Positions 39,965 to 50,704 of a stretch of 64,000 nt of DNA are shown piece after piece. The notes beneath the pieces were generated by a model. It made no database searches, was not told the origin of the DNA, and worked only from the letters and a program-made list of their open reading frames with translations. Both the position numbers and the translations under genes were made by a program. This DNA is from Candidatus Heimdallarchaeota archaeon (GTDB lineage: Archaea > Asgardarchaeota > Heimdallarchaeia > Heimdallarchaeales > Heimdallarchaeaceae), in the NCBI GenBank assembly GCA_019057375.1, contig DXJF01000148.1:1-64000 (forward strand), written 5' to 3'. Position 1 is the first letter of the stretch. Each line of letters begins with the position of its first letter.

Positions 39965-40988
39965 GTATATTCTTCCTAGTAGATTTGTAAGTATAAATAA
40001 ATTTCCTGAAAATAAAGAAGATTACAAGTGGAGAAAAGAAGTAGAAACTAGTTTTAGTAGGTTCACTCGGAGTAATAGCTACCATTTGAGAAGGAAATGA
40101 GTGAAATTCTTGGTTTTGATAATTGAGATAAATGACTGTATAATAGTTGTTCGACTGAAAGTCAGAATAGTCAAACTGAAATGACCAAGTAAAATAATCA
40201 ATAGAGTGAAGTTGTGCTGAAAAACAAAGTTGTTTTGAAGAATTGTAGATGAATGCAGTAACAGAGATTTGATTGAGAACCTCTTGAAGATTACAGGGTA
40301 AAATAGAGATATTAATTGAAATAGAGAGAGAAGATAAAGAAGAATCTACAATCAATAATGGTTGGGAAAATTCGACTTGCAAATTAATAACAAAAGAAGA
40401 GAGAAAAGAAGAGTACCAAAAATCAGAAGTGTTAGCATGTAGAAAAATATCATAGGTACCAGGGAGTAGAGAAGTGATATCAGTGCAAATTCCCCAGCCA
40501 TAAAAAAGTTCAGGACTAAACAGCATCTCTTCTTGGAAGCTAAATGTTTCAGAAACAATTTCCAGAATAACAAAATCTTCTCCCGATGAAAAGAAAATCT
40601 CAGTATTGTTAATGAAAAAAATATTCAAAGCATAAACAGTAAGATGGGTTGAATTCTGCTCAATAAGAGGAGTATTAGTGACTAGATAATAAGGATTGTA
40701 AGTACTGATTGATAAGTATGCGAATGAACTTAAGCCAATACCTGAAGAAACCAAAGGGAAGTTTTGATCTAAAGATGAAAGAACAAGAAGGATATGAGTG
40801 ATATTAACAGAAGGAAGTATATTAAAAGTTAAATTTGAACTAATGGTAACTTCGGTAGCTATTAGTGTTTCTTGAGAATAATAAAACGCTATTAACCCTA
40901 ATCTTTTGTAATTTGGATTGGCAAGAGAGATCTCGAATCTTGTTGTTGTAAAATCAAATAAAATCAGATAATTGCACTTATAGAACAA
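39951..40988 (-). CDS. Surface glycoprotein paralogue A3 (true start uncertain)
   Basis: 'TNTPLIEQNSTHLTVYALNIFF..SGEDFVILEI' homologous to A1/A2; PSEPTKT linker plus TM. Confidence 0.7.
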   Translation of the reverse strand: MFYKCNYLILFDFTTTRFEISLANPNYKRLGLIAFYYSQETLIATEVTISSNLTFNILPSVNITHILLVLSSLDQNFPLVSSGIGLSSFAYLSISTYNPYYLVTNTPLIEQNSTHLTVYALNIFFINNTEIFFSSGEDFVILEIVSETFSFQEEMLFSPELFYGWGICTDITSLLPGTYDIFLHANTSDFWYSSFLSSFVINLQVEFSQPLLIVDSSLSSLSISINISILPCNLQEVLNQISVTAFIYNSSKQLCFSAQLHSIDYFTWSFQFDYSDFQSNNYYTVIYLNYQNQEFHSFPSQMVAITPSEPTKTSFYFFSPLVIFFIFRKFIYTYKSTRKNIHEKQ

Positions 40989-41003
40989 GGTTCAGCTTAT
41001 AAA

Positions 41004-42566
41004 ATGATCATGGATGATGGTTTCTGGACTACTGCTACAAAAACAGCAGATGACATTACAGATAACATAAATCTGAAATATATACCAACTGGGGGAGGAG
41101 AACCAGTAGAAATACTCTTTGACGCTAAGGTGTTTAGAGTTGATTTTGATGTAGTAGATGGAAAGAAGTATCTAAAGAAACCACAGTTTCCAGGACCAGA
41201 CATCTCATGGGAATCTTTGACAGATGCACAAAAACAAGCATACGGAGAACTAAATACTCTAATAGATAATGCTTTAGGGGGATTTGATTCTTGTATTGAT
41301 GATCTAACACCACATCAAGTCGCAGGGAGAATAAATGAAATGCAGACACTAATCTACAATAAAATGATTTCTACAGGAGTTTTTGACGAATTTCAGATTT
41401 TTAGCGGTGGAACAATGGAGTTCTGTCTCGAGACTTTTTCTTCATCTAATCGTGGGTTAGTTATTGATAATTATCTTAAATCTTTCTTTGATCAAAATGG
41501 AATTGTTACTTATAATTATCATCAACAATGGGATGCACCATTTAGTGCAAGACTAGATACGCTATTCGGTGGAACAGTACAAGAATCTGTTAATGCAATA
41601 ACTTTCAAAGAGAACTGGTTCAAAATGCTTTTGGAAGATAGTAATTATGATGTTAGTGGTAAGACTCTTGGGGAGATAGAGGAATTAATACAAAACAATC
41701 CTGATATTGGAGAAACTTTGTTACGTAATTTTCAAGATCCTTACAAACTACCAGATGGGAATTTTTGGAGAGGTAATAGTGATGGTGAGATTAACAAATG
41801 CCTAGTTTTTTACAACAAAAAGACAGGAGAACCATTCCAACTTGTATCAGAAGCAGGAACAAAATTCAATGTATATATGAATTACAATTTACAACATATG
41901 CTAGACAATTTAGGTCTAGATAAGAAATTACTACAAAATCCTATAACCTTTAGTATATCAGATAAGGGAAGATTCATGGTAGATTTCAATCCGGTAGCAG
42001 GTTCTCGAAGAGCTGGATATGGAGAAGAAGTTGCTGAAGCATGGATTACACATCTAAGAAACAGATATGGAATTCCAGAAGACACTTTAGATTTACTTAG
42101 GAGGAGAATTGGTTATGGGACTGGACTTGATCTCTTCCATCCATCTGGGGATGATGAAATGATGAAACTTTTCGCGCTGATATTAGCAGATTACCAAAGA
42201 AACTGTGATGATGCAATGCAGTATCTGAGAAGTAGAATATCACAATATCCAAACGGGATTGGTTTTGGTACTACTTATGCAACTGACCACATATCCAGTA
42301 TTGATATTGATTGGAATGGGAACTTACGTATAAATGATGTAGAAATAAACATAAGATTTGGACAACAGAAAACTTCAGGTAGAGCTATTCCAGGATGGGA
42401 AAGCACTAGAGGTGTGTACTCACTAGGAGATGGTGGGAATTGGTTATCAAAGTTAATCAATGAGATCAAAATTGAAGCGCTAAATTTAGTATTCTCATTC
42501 CCAGAAAAACCAAAAATACAAGATTTCTTTAAATGGATTACTACAAACTGGCACTTCCTAAATTAG
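41004..42566 (+). CDS. Orphan hypothetical protein, possibly the C-terminal part of a larger protein
   Basis: 520-aa ORF with no signal peptide and no recognised motif; the frame is open 14 codons upstream of the ATG. Confidence 0.7.
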   Translation: MIMDDGFWTTATKTADDITDNINLKYIPTGGGEPVEILFDAKVFRVDFDVVDGKKYLKKPQFPGPDISWESLTDAQKQAYGELNTLIDNALGGFDSCIDDLTPHQVAGRINEMQTLIYNKMISTGVFDEFQIFSGGTMEFCLETFSSSNRGLVIDNYLKSFFDQNGIVTYNYHQQWDAPFSARLDTLFGGTVQESVNAITFKENWFKMLLEDSNYDVSGKTLGEIEELIQNNPDIGETLLRNFQDPYKLPDGNFWRGNSDGEINKCLVFYNKKTGEPFQLVSEAGTKFNVYMNYNLQHMLDNLGLDKKLLQNPITFSISDKGRFMVDFNPVAGSRRAGYGEEVAEAWITHLRNRYGIPEDTLDLLRRRIGYGTGLDLFHPSGDDEMMKLFALILADYQRNCDDAMQYLRSRISQYPNGIGFGTTYATDHISSIDIDWNGNLRINDVEINIRFGQQKTSGRAIPGWESTRGVYSLGDGGNWLSKLINEIKIEALNLVFSFPEKPKIQDFFKWITTNWHFLN

Positions 42567-42600
42567 AGGGTAGAAGTGTTATCTTCACTTCTCCACTCTA
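42564..42600 (+). terminator. Hairpin after the 520-aa ORF
   Basis: AGAAGTG/CACTTCT stem (42572-42592) with outer TAGAG/CTCTA pairing, followed by CTTTT. Confidence 0.3.
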
Positions 42601-42621
42601 CTTTTGCCACAGAAAGCTTAA

Positions 42622-43881
42622 ATGTACAGAAACATAATTTTATGTGAGAGTAAGTGTATGATAAAAGATGAAAAAGTTTATCCGGTCAGTACATGTTTTA
42701 ACTGTCAGACTCTCAATTCCTCTAATAACGAATTTTGTCTGAATTGCGGAGTATTTTTACTATTGGATGAACTATTTTGCTCCAAATGCAGTAATCCTTT
42801 TAAAAAGAACGATGTGAAGTGTTATGTTTGTGGATTAGAAATAAAGGAAGGAGAAGCAGAAGAAATCAATTGGGAAACATTCTATCCTGAAGAAAAGCAG
42901 ATATTCACAGATATATTAACAGATAAGAAAGGAAGGGAGTACATTCTACAAGAGTATGGTGAAAAGGGTTTTGACACCTTTACAGGATATTTAGACTGGG
43001 AATTCTTGGATTTGTTTGATATTGTAGAAGAAGAACTGAAATTCTTACCTTCTGTTAAAATTCTTCTTTCTGATGATGCTCCAGAAAGGTTGTTATCAGA
43101 ATACAGTTTAGTTAATAGTTTTAGTATTGAAGAAAAAGTGAAAAAACTAGCAGATAAATTGAATGAAAAGGTTGGTTCAAGTGTATTACTTCAACCTTTT
43201 CATGAGGTAAGAATCATCTTTAGTATAGTAGCGGAAATTTATGAAAGATATTTTAACTTTGAACTGAGAATTTTTAGTAGAACGAAAAAGGAGAAGGAAG
43301 AACTAGTAAGAATCCTACTTAGAACTTTACTGAATTTCTATTCTACACTCATTCAGAAATCTAAGGTAAAGGATGAAGCAAATATAGTTGCTAGGAAATT
43401 GATAATCTTTATTTCATTGTTGGATGAGTTAACATTCTGTCATGATTTAGGAGATACATTAAGTGAGGGGGAATATGATGAATGTAATCACATAATAAAT
43501 GAAAGAATAATAAGAGCAGCAATGTTAGATGAGATATACAAGAAAAAGAGAAAACAACAAGAAGATAAAAAGAAGCTTAGGAATGTATGCAGGGAAATAA
43601 TTGCAGATTTAGGAAGGGCACTATACCTACAGTGGGTATTGAATTATGATGAAGTGGAACCAATATTAAACACACTAATTGAAAAGGTTAGGGCATTTAT
43701 TAAAGAAGAAGTAGATCTACCATACGAAAAAATAATAAAACAAACAAAAGAGAGTTTTCCGTATGTATATCTTAGGGGAGAGGAAGTAGAAGAGGAAAAG
43801 AAGAGAGGATTTCTAGAGAAAATAAGAAAACTAGAAGAATATCTAAAAGAGTATGAAAAGGGAAAAATGGTTTTTGGGTAG
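42622..43881 (+). CDS. Double zinc ribbon protein with an acidic/basic helical C-terminal region
   Basis: CFNC..FCLNCG...FCSKC...CYVCG, followed by an E/K-rich helical region. Confidence 0.8.
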   Translation: MYRNIILCESKCMIKDEKVYPVSTCFNCQTLNSSNNEFCLNCGVFLLLDELFCSKCSNPFKKNDVKCYVCGLEIKEGEAEEINWETFYPEEKQIFTDILTDKKGREYILQEYGEKGFDTFTGYLDWEFLDLFDIVEEELKFLPSVKILLSDDAPERLLSEYSLVNSFSIEEKVKKLADKLNEKVGSSVLLQPFHEVRIIFSIVAEIYERYFNFELRIFSRTKKEKEELVRILLRTLLNFYSTLIQKSKVKDEANIVARKLIIFISLLDELTFCHDLGDTLSEGEYDECNHIINERIIRAAMLDEIYKKKRKQQEDKKKLRNVCREIIADLGRALYLQWVLNYDEVEPILNTLIEKVRAFIKEEVDLPYEKIIKQTKESFPYVYLRGEEVEEEKKRGFLEKIRKLEEYLKEYEKGKMVFG

Positions 43882-43913
43882 TAACAAAGTCAATTGGCAT
43901 TTGTTTAGTAATT

Positions 43914-44281
43914 CTAAAGTATGTATTCCTTTCTGAACTTCAACATTTCTTCACCATACTGGTGTGATAACCTACTTGCATGATGAAAGAGCTTGTCAAC
44001 ATTGAAACCAGAGAGAGCGGAAGTTTCAACATAATCAAACTTCTTAAGATGGATATAATCAAGAATAGTATCCTTATCAATGGAACGAGCTTCATTAAGG
44101 TCAAATTTATTGCCACTGATGATAACAGGAATATCAGGACATTTGGAGAGAACTTCATTGACCCAGACATCTAAATCGTCGAAAGAACTCTGGTTGGTGA
44201 TGTCATAGACAATAATGGCGCAAGTAGCACCAGTGTAGTATTTGGGGCGGAGATAGGTGAACATTTCTTGGCCTCCTGTAT
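43914..44281 (+). repeat. Direct repeat copy 2 (3' end of the intact GTPase gene)
   Basis: Gap-free alignment to 34459..34826. Confidence 0.85.
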
Positions 44282-44501
44282 CCCAGCAAGACATTCTTAT
44301 TTTCATTGGTTCACTATATATTTCCTTAGTTAAATTTTCATTCAGTTGTTCTGGAGTTAAGGTTATAGTTTTTGTTAGCCAGCTAACTCCTAAAGTAGGG
44401 ATATAACTGTGAATAAATGTGTTTAAAGTAAATCTTCTAGCCAATGATGTTTTTCCAACAAAAGCAGAACCAACGCATATAATTTTTTGTAACTGATTCA
44501 T
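43914..44501 (-). CDS. Rab/Ran-like small GTPase (Ras superfamily)
   Basis: G1 GSAFVGKTS, G2 YIPTLGV, G3 WDTGGQE, G4 GNKFD, G5 ETSA; no C-terminal Cys prenylation motif. Confidence 0.92.
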   Translation of the reverse strand: MNQLQKIICVGSAFVGKTSLARRFTLNTFIHSYIPTLGVSWLTKTITLTPEQLNENLTKEIYSEPMKIRMSCWDTGGQEMFTYLRPKYYTGATCAIIVYDITNQSSFDDLDVWVNEVLSKCPDIPVIISGNKFDLNEARSIDKDTILDYIHLKKFDYVETSALSGFNVDKLFHHASRLSHQYGEEMLKFRKEYIL

Positions 44502-44505
44502 TTTC

Positions 44506-45357
44506 TTACCTCCATACTAAATTTAAAACATCTTGTAGGATTCCCAATCCCATCATTCTATCCCATTCTACTCTTATCGTTGAAGGTGATTTTGATGCTA
44601 CAATCTGTCGTAATTCTTTAATTCCTATCTTCTCTTCAACAAAATCCATTATTTTCTTTAATAGAACTAAAAATTCTTCTTTTATTTCTATAGCTGTTCC
44701 TCTTTGAATATCTATGTCACAGAAACTGAAACCTTCTTCCTCTTTCAAAGAAAATTTTTCTTTTATTAAGTAAGTATTCTTATCAAGAAAATCGCTTATA
44801 TCTTCTTTTATTTCTTGAATAGAAACTGTTGTAATCTTCGATTCATTTTCAACAAGAAATAGTCTAATTCCTAACCAGATTGAATTCAAAATGTTCTCAA
44901 AAACTTCAATCATGTTCCTCTTATCAATATCTTCTATGTGTAAATCAAGTACATTCCACAGCATAAATGAATGTGATAATGATTCAGAGATTTCTCTTCT
45001 CTTTATTCCTTCAAGCTCATGTAAAAACTCACTGACGCTTTTCTCATCTTTTATTTCGAAAGCGTTTAAGAATAATTTCATAAAGAAGAACAGTTGCGAT
45101 GAAATCATTTCAGTTGAATAATTTGGAGGACTGAGGAGAATAAATAAGAAAGAGTATTTACTCATGAAAACTACTTTGGATTTGGCAAATTGGAGTACTT
45201 GTAATTCCTCTAATAACGGTTGTTCTTCAGATCTCATATAGAAATCTAATAATGTTTTAACAATAGAATCAACTTCTGTTTCGTCTGCTTTGACAGAAAG
45301 AGGTCTACAGAATAAGATTTCCAACTTTTCTTTGTTAATAATATAGAACCCCATCAA
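44506..45357 (-). CDS. Longin-like domain protein
   Basis: N-terminal beta-beta-alpha-beta-beta-beta-alpha pattern (GFYIINK..EILFCR..helix..KVVFMSKYSFLFILLS..helix); 4 bp upstream of the GTPase gene. Confidence 0.5.
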   Translation of the reverse strand: MMGFYIINKEKLEILFCRPLSVKADETEVDSIVKTLLDFYMRSEEQPLLEELQVLQFAKSKVVFMSKYSFLFILLSPPNYSTEMISSQLFFFMKLFLNAFEIKDEKSVSEFLHELEGIKRREISESLSHSFMLWNVLDLHIEDIDKRNMIEVFENILNSIWLGIRLFLVENESKITTVSIQEIKEDISDFLDKNTYLIKEKFSLKEEEGFSFCDIDIQRGTAIEIKEEFLVLLKKIMDFVEEKIGIKELRQIVASKSPSTIRVEWDRMMGLGILQDVLNLVWR

Positions 45358-45477
45358 TTTATGAACAACCCTTTAATATTCAACATTGCATATTTATACT
45401 TAAAAATTTGTTTAATATCATAGCTAGTCAAAGAAAAGAAAATATAATTAAAAAGAGTTGTAAAAAAGAAGAATGTT

Positions 45478-47685
<2,208 letters not shown>

Positions 47686-47714
47686 TTATGTTTTATAATC
47701 TATTTTTTGATTAA

Positions 47715-47786
47715 ATTGTAACTATATAATGGTTTGTTTTCTTCCCTAGTTACAATAAAATATAGTTAATTAACTATATATAGTTA
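47715..47786. promoter_or_regulatory. Nested inverted-repeat array (TAACTA motif) upstream of cdc48
   Basis: ATTGTAACTA/TAGTTACAAT inverted pair (47715-47724, 47747-47756); perfect palindromes ATATAGTTAATTAACTATAT (47760-47779) and TAACTATATATAGTTA (47771-47786). Confidence 0.5.
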
Positions 47787-47851
47787 TGAAATCTTTTAAT
47801 GAAACAAAAATCAAACAAAAATAGATAAAAAAGGAGATTTGATGGCTAAAA

Positions 47852-48775
47852 CTAGATTCTAAATGTTAGTTTTAATGCCCCTTCTTTACATGCATCAATA
47901 CATTCTCCACAGTTGATGCACATCTTATTCGTAATATCTTTATCATACTCTAGAATAGGGACTTGAACAGGACATGCTTTTTCACAATGATCACAACCAC
48001 TTGTACATCTGTTCTTGTTTATCCTTAGACCAAATATACTAAATCGACTGAAAAGCCCTAGAAGTACACCAGTTGGACACAGCCATCTACAATAAGCTCT
48101 TGGATATACTGTGATTAATCCAAGCACAATGATGAAAATAATTATACGTAAGAAGAATAAGAATTTCCATTGACCTATTTCTGCTCCAAAACTAGCGTTT
48201 TGCATCCCCCAATATAGATAATAATACAGAGTTGCAAAAAGTGTTGAGGAAGGATCGATGGTGCTAAAGGGCATATCCTTACCCGCTCCGAATGTTGTCT
48301 TAACACCGCTATTATTGAATGTGATACCAATTATGAAAGACATTATTAAGATAAAAACAAGAATAGTTGTTCCAATTTTACTTAAATTCTTGTTAGTTGG
48401 ACGGGATACTCGTTTTTTCTTAATAGGAATCAGTCTAAATAAATCTTGAAAGAAACCAAATGGACAAACCCACCCGCAGGTAGTTTTTCCTAAAATTGAA
48501 CCAAATAGCAAGAATATAGAAAGTGCTAGATATGGAAATATCCAATAAGTAAGAAGATATTGTAGAGCTTCAAAAGCATTCCAAACTGTGGAGAAAGGTC
48601 CACCAGTTGGATAAGCTACTGGGAGGAGTATTGGAAGTCTCCCTATTCCGAAGATTAAACCATTAAGAAGTCCAAACATTATAATTTGTACAATTGTTCT
48701 AATAACCCTAATTCTATGATCTTGAATAGGCCTAAATATAGTTGAAAGTATTGGTTTTATTTGCTTTGTAGCCAT
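47852..48775 (-). CDS. Membrane polyferredoxin (NapH/MauN-like 4Fe-4S binding protein)
   Basis: CGWVCPFG and CRWLCPTG in TM context; CTSGCDHCEKACP and CINCGECIDAC clusters. Confidence 0.88.
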   Translation of the reverse strand: MATKQIKPILSTIFRPIQDHRIRVIRTIVQIIMFGLLNGLIFGIGRLPILLPVAYPTGGPFSTVWNAFEALQYLLTYWIFPYLALSIFLLFGSILGKTTCGWVCPFGFFQDLFRLIPIKKKRVSRPTNKNLSKIGTTILVFILIMSFIIGITFNNSGVKTTFGAGKDMPFSTIDPSSTLFATLYYYLYWGMQNASFGAEIGQWKFLFFLRIIIFIIVLGLITVYPRAYCRWLCPTGVLLGLFSRFSIFGLRINKNRCTSGCDHCEKACPVQVPILEYDKDITNKMCINCGECIDACKEGALKLTFRI

Positions 48776-48790
48776 TTCTAATCACTTATC

Positions 48791-48991
48791 CTAGCCCGTT
48801 ATTGGATTTGGAAAACCAGTTACATATGTACTCAAGAAATCTCTCATTACAAAGTCAGTAAATGAACTGATTTCAGTGTAGTTCTGAATTTGACTTTGGA
48901 CTATAGCAATAATAAGGAAGACAATTCCTATAGCCAAAAAGAATATCAGGTATATCCTATCTCTTGCATTCATGATGACTGAAGACGTCAA
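48791..48991 (-). CDS. Small single-TM protein
   Basis: One hydrophobic segment; probably starts at MNARD; 15 bp upstream of the polyferredoxin. Confidence 0.55.
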   Translation of the reverse strand: MTSSVIMNARDRIYLIFFLAIGIVFLIIAIVQSQIQNYTEISSFTDFVMRDFLSTYVTGFPNPITG

Positions 48992-49101
48992 AAATTACAC
49001 CTATTAAAAATTTTGCTTTACGTGAAATCTTTATTTTGGATTACAGAAAACTTCCCTAATAATAAAAAAGAATACTAAGAACAGTTTTTTTCTCAATCAC
49101 A

Positions 49102-49401
49102 ATGCATTTAAACAGATACATGAAAATATATTTCATGAACAAAAACGACTTGTGGAAGGTTACACCACTTAAATCGTGTATTTTAGCAATCCTCGAAAAA
49201 AGAGGAGGGGTAATTCTAGAAAGCGATTTAGAAAATCCATTAAAAGATATGTATGGAGACTTTTCAGATAGTGAACTCAATAAAGCTTTAATGACACTCG
49301 AAAATCAAGGCTTGATTCATGTTGGTTGGATATCAAAAACTAAACGTAGAATTCAAGCAATGACCAAAGACATGCACTTTTTGGCTGTTGGAGAAGACTA
49401 A
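49102..49401 (+). CDS. Small winged-helix protein
   Basis: 'ILAILEKRGG...SELNKALMTLENQGLIHV' wHTH pattern; real start probably downstream. Confidence 0.75.
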   Translation: MHLNRYMKIYFMNKNDLWKVTPLKSCILAILEKRGGVILESDLENPLKDMYGDFSDSELNKALMTLENQGLIHVGWISKTKRRIQAMTKDMHFLAVGED

Positions 49402-49426
49402 ACTAACAAAATAAAATATGAGAATT

Positions 49427-50704
49427 TCATCTTGTTTCGTTTATTTGTTTTGTGAAAATAGTTAAATATCTATTAATGACATTATGTTTTCGTCCTATTT
49501 GTAAAGGGAAAGAAACATGGAAAAATTTACTGGATTCTTGATTGATTAAGGAACACTGACTAACTATTTTTTCTATATCAGGATACACTTCAAGTTTATC
49601 TGAGTAGTGATACACTGGAAGTATGAATACAATTTTCCCAGTATCCTTTAGAAGATTTGATCCTTCTCTCAGCACTCTGATGTATAACTTTTCGAGAGTT
49701 TTCATAGTCTCTCTAGCTTCTTCAATTGAAGGCAATTGCTTCAAGAAAGGTCCAAGATATGGTTCGGTGACAATGGCATCCAAACTTTTCTCTTTCAAAA
49801 TTTTCCCCAAATCTCTAGAATCTTGACTATAAACCACCCATTTGTCCTTCATTTTTGCTTTTGCGGGGTATTGAAGACTGAAAGCATTAAGATTATCCTT
49901 AGAAGCTCTGAAACATTTAGGATCTTTATCCACTCCTATTGTCTGCATTTTTCGTTTAAGTGCTTCAATAAGAATAGTACCTGTTCCACAGAAGGGATCC
50001 AATAATAATCCATCATCGGAAACCTCAGAGAGAAAAACAAGCGTTCTAGCTAGTTTAATCGATGTTCCATGAGTAAAAAGTCTTGTTTGTCGTCTTTCAT
50101 CTTGTTTAATATCTAGTAAAGGATTAGTAACCCATTTAGTTATACCAAAAATAAGTTTGGACTTTACGCTGAAACCTGTTATTTCCAATCCTCTCTTTGG
50201 AAAATTCTCCTTATAAAACTGAAAAGGCGTTAACTCTGAATAGGTTTTTTTCATTCCAATAATCTTTGTCTGAATCTTCACTTCTTTTGAATAATTTAAT
50301 GTAGTTGTTCTGATGAAATTGATAATCCTATTACGTAACTCGATATTTTTTGCTTGAACATCTAAAGCAATTTTTAATAATTTATTTTTCTCAGATGAAA
50401 ATTTTTCTATGTTCATAATTAAATGATCTTTTAGTTTCAGTTTCCAGACGTCTTCCTTATCAATATTCACTTCAGAATTCAAGTATCCCGCTTTTATTAT
50501 GCTTCCCGTTTTGTCGAGAATTTTAAAGAATTTAGTAAAAGTATTTCTGTTTAACTTTAAAATGATATAATCCATCCACTCTGTGAAAGCAACATCTTCT
50601 ACACCTAATTTTTTTAACAATACAGATAACTCCAATTTTGACAAAGCCTTGTTCGAACCAAGTTTAACAAAAATTGTGTATTTAGAAGACATTTGAATCA
50701 TCAA
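49427..50704 (-). CDS. Trm11-like SAM-dependent RNA methyltransferase
   Basis: LARTLV, LLDPFCGTGTILIEA, GVD, DSR, AIVTEPY. Confidence 0.75.
   Translation of the reverse strand: MMIQMSSKYTIFVKLGSNKALSKLELSVLLKKLGVEDVAFTEWMDYIILKLNRNTFTKFFKILDKTGSIIKAGYLNSEVNIDKEDVWKLKLKDHLIMNIEKFSSEKNKLLKIALDVQAKNIELRNRIINFIRTTTLNYSKEVKIQTKIIGMKKTYSELTPFQFYKENFPKRGLEITGFSVKSKLIFGITKWVTNPLLDIKQDERRQTRLFTHGTSIKLARTLVFLSEVSDDGLLLDPFCGTGTILIEALKRKMQTIGVDKDPKCFRASKDNLNAFSLQYPAKAKMKDKWVVYSQDSRDLGKILKEKSLDAIVTEPYLGPFLKQLPSIEEARETMKTLEKLYIRVLREGSNLLKDTGKIVFILPVYHYSDKLEVYPDIEKIVSQCSLINQESSKFFHVSFPLQIGRKHNVINRYLTIFTKQINETR

Larger units (their letters stand above)
34827..44281. mobile_element. Putative genomic island integrated in the small GTPase gene
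   Basis: Flanked by the two GTPase 3' copies; orphan, paralogous and pseudogene cargo; no integrase recognised. Confidence 0.55.

Noticed and set aside
34886-40988. Diversity-generating retroelement acting on the surface paralogues
   Set aside because: No reverse transcriptase and no near-identical template/variable repeat pair were seen; the paralogues are diverged throughout.
40830-40988. N-terminal ~50 aa of the 345-aa ORF as real coding sequence
   Set aside because: It has no counterpart in paralogues A1/A2 and collides with the upstream frame of the 41004 ORF; likely an ORF-caller extension across a junction.
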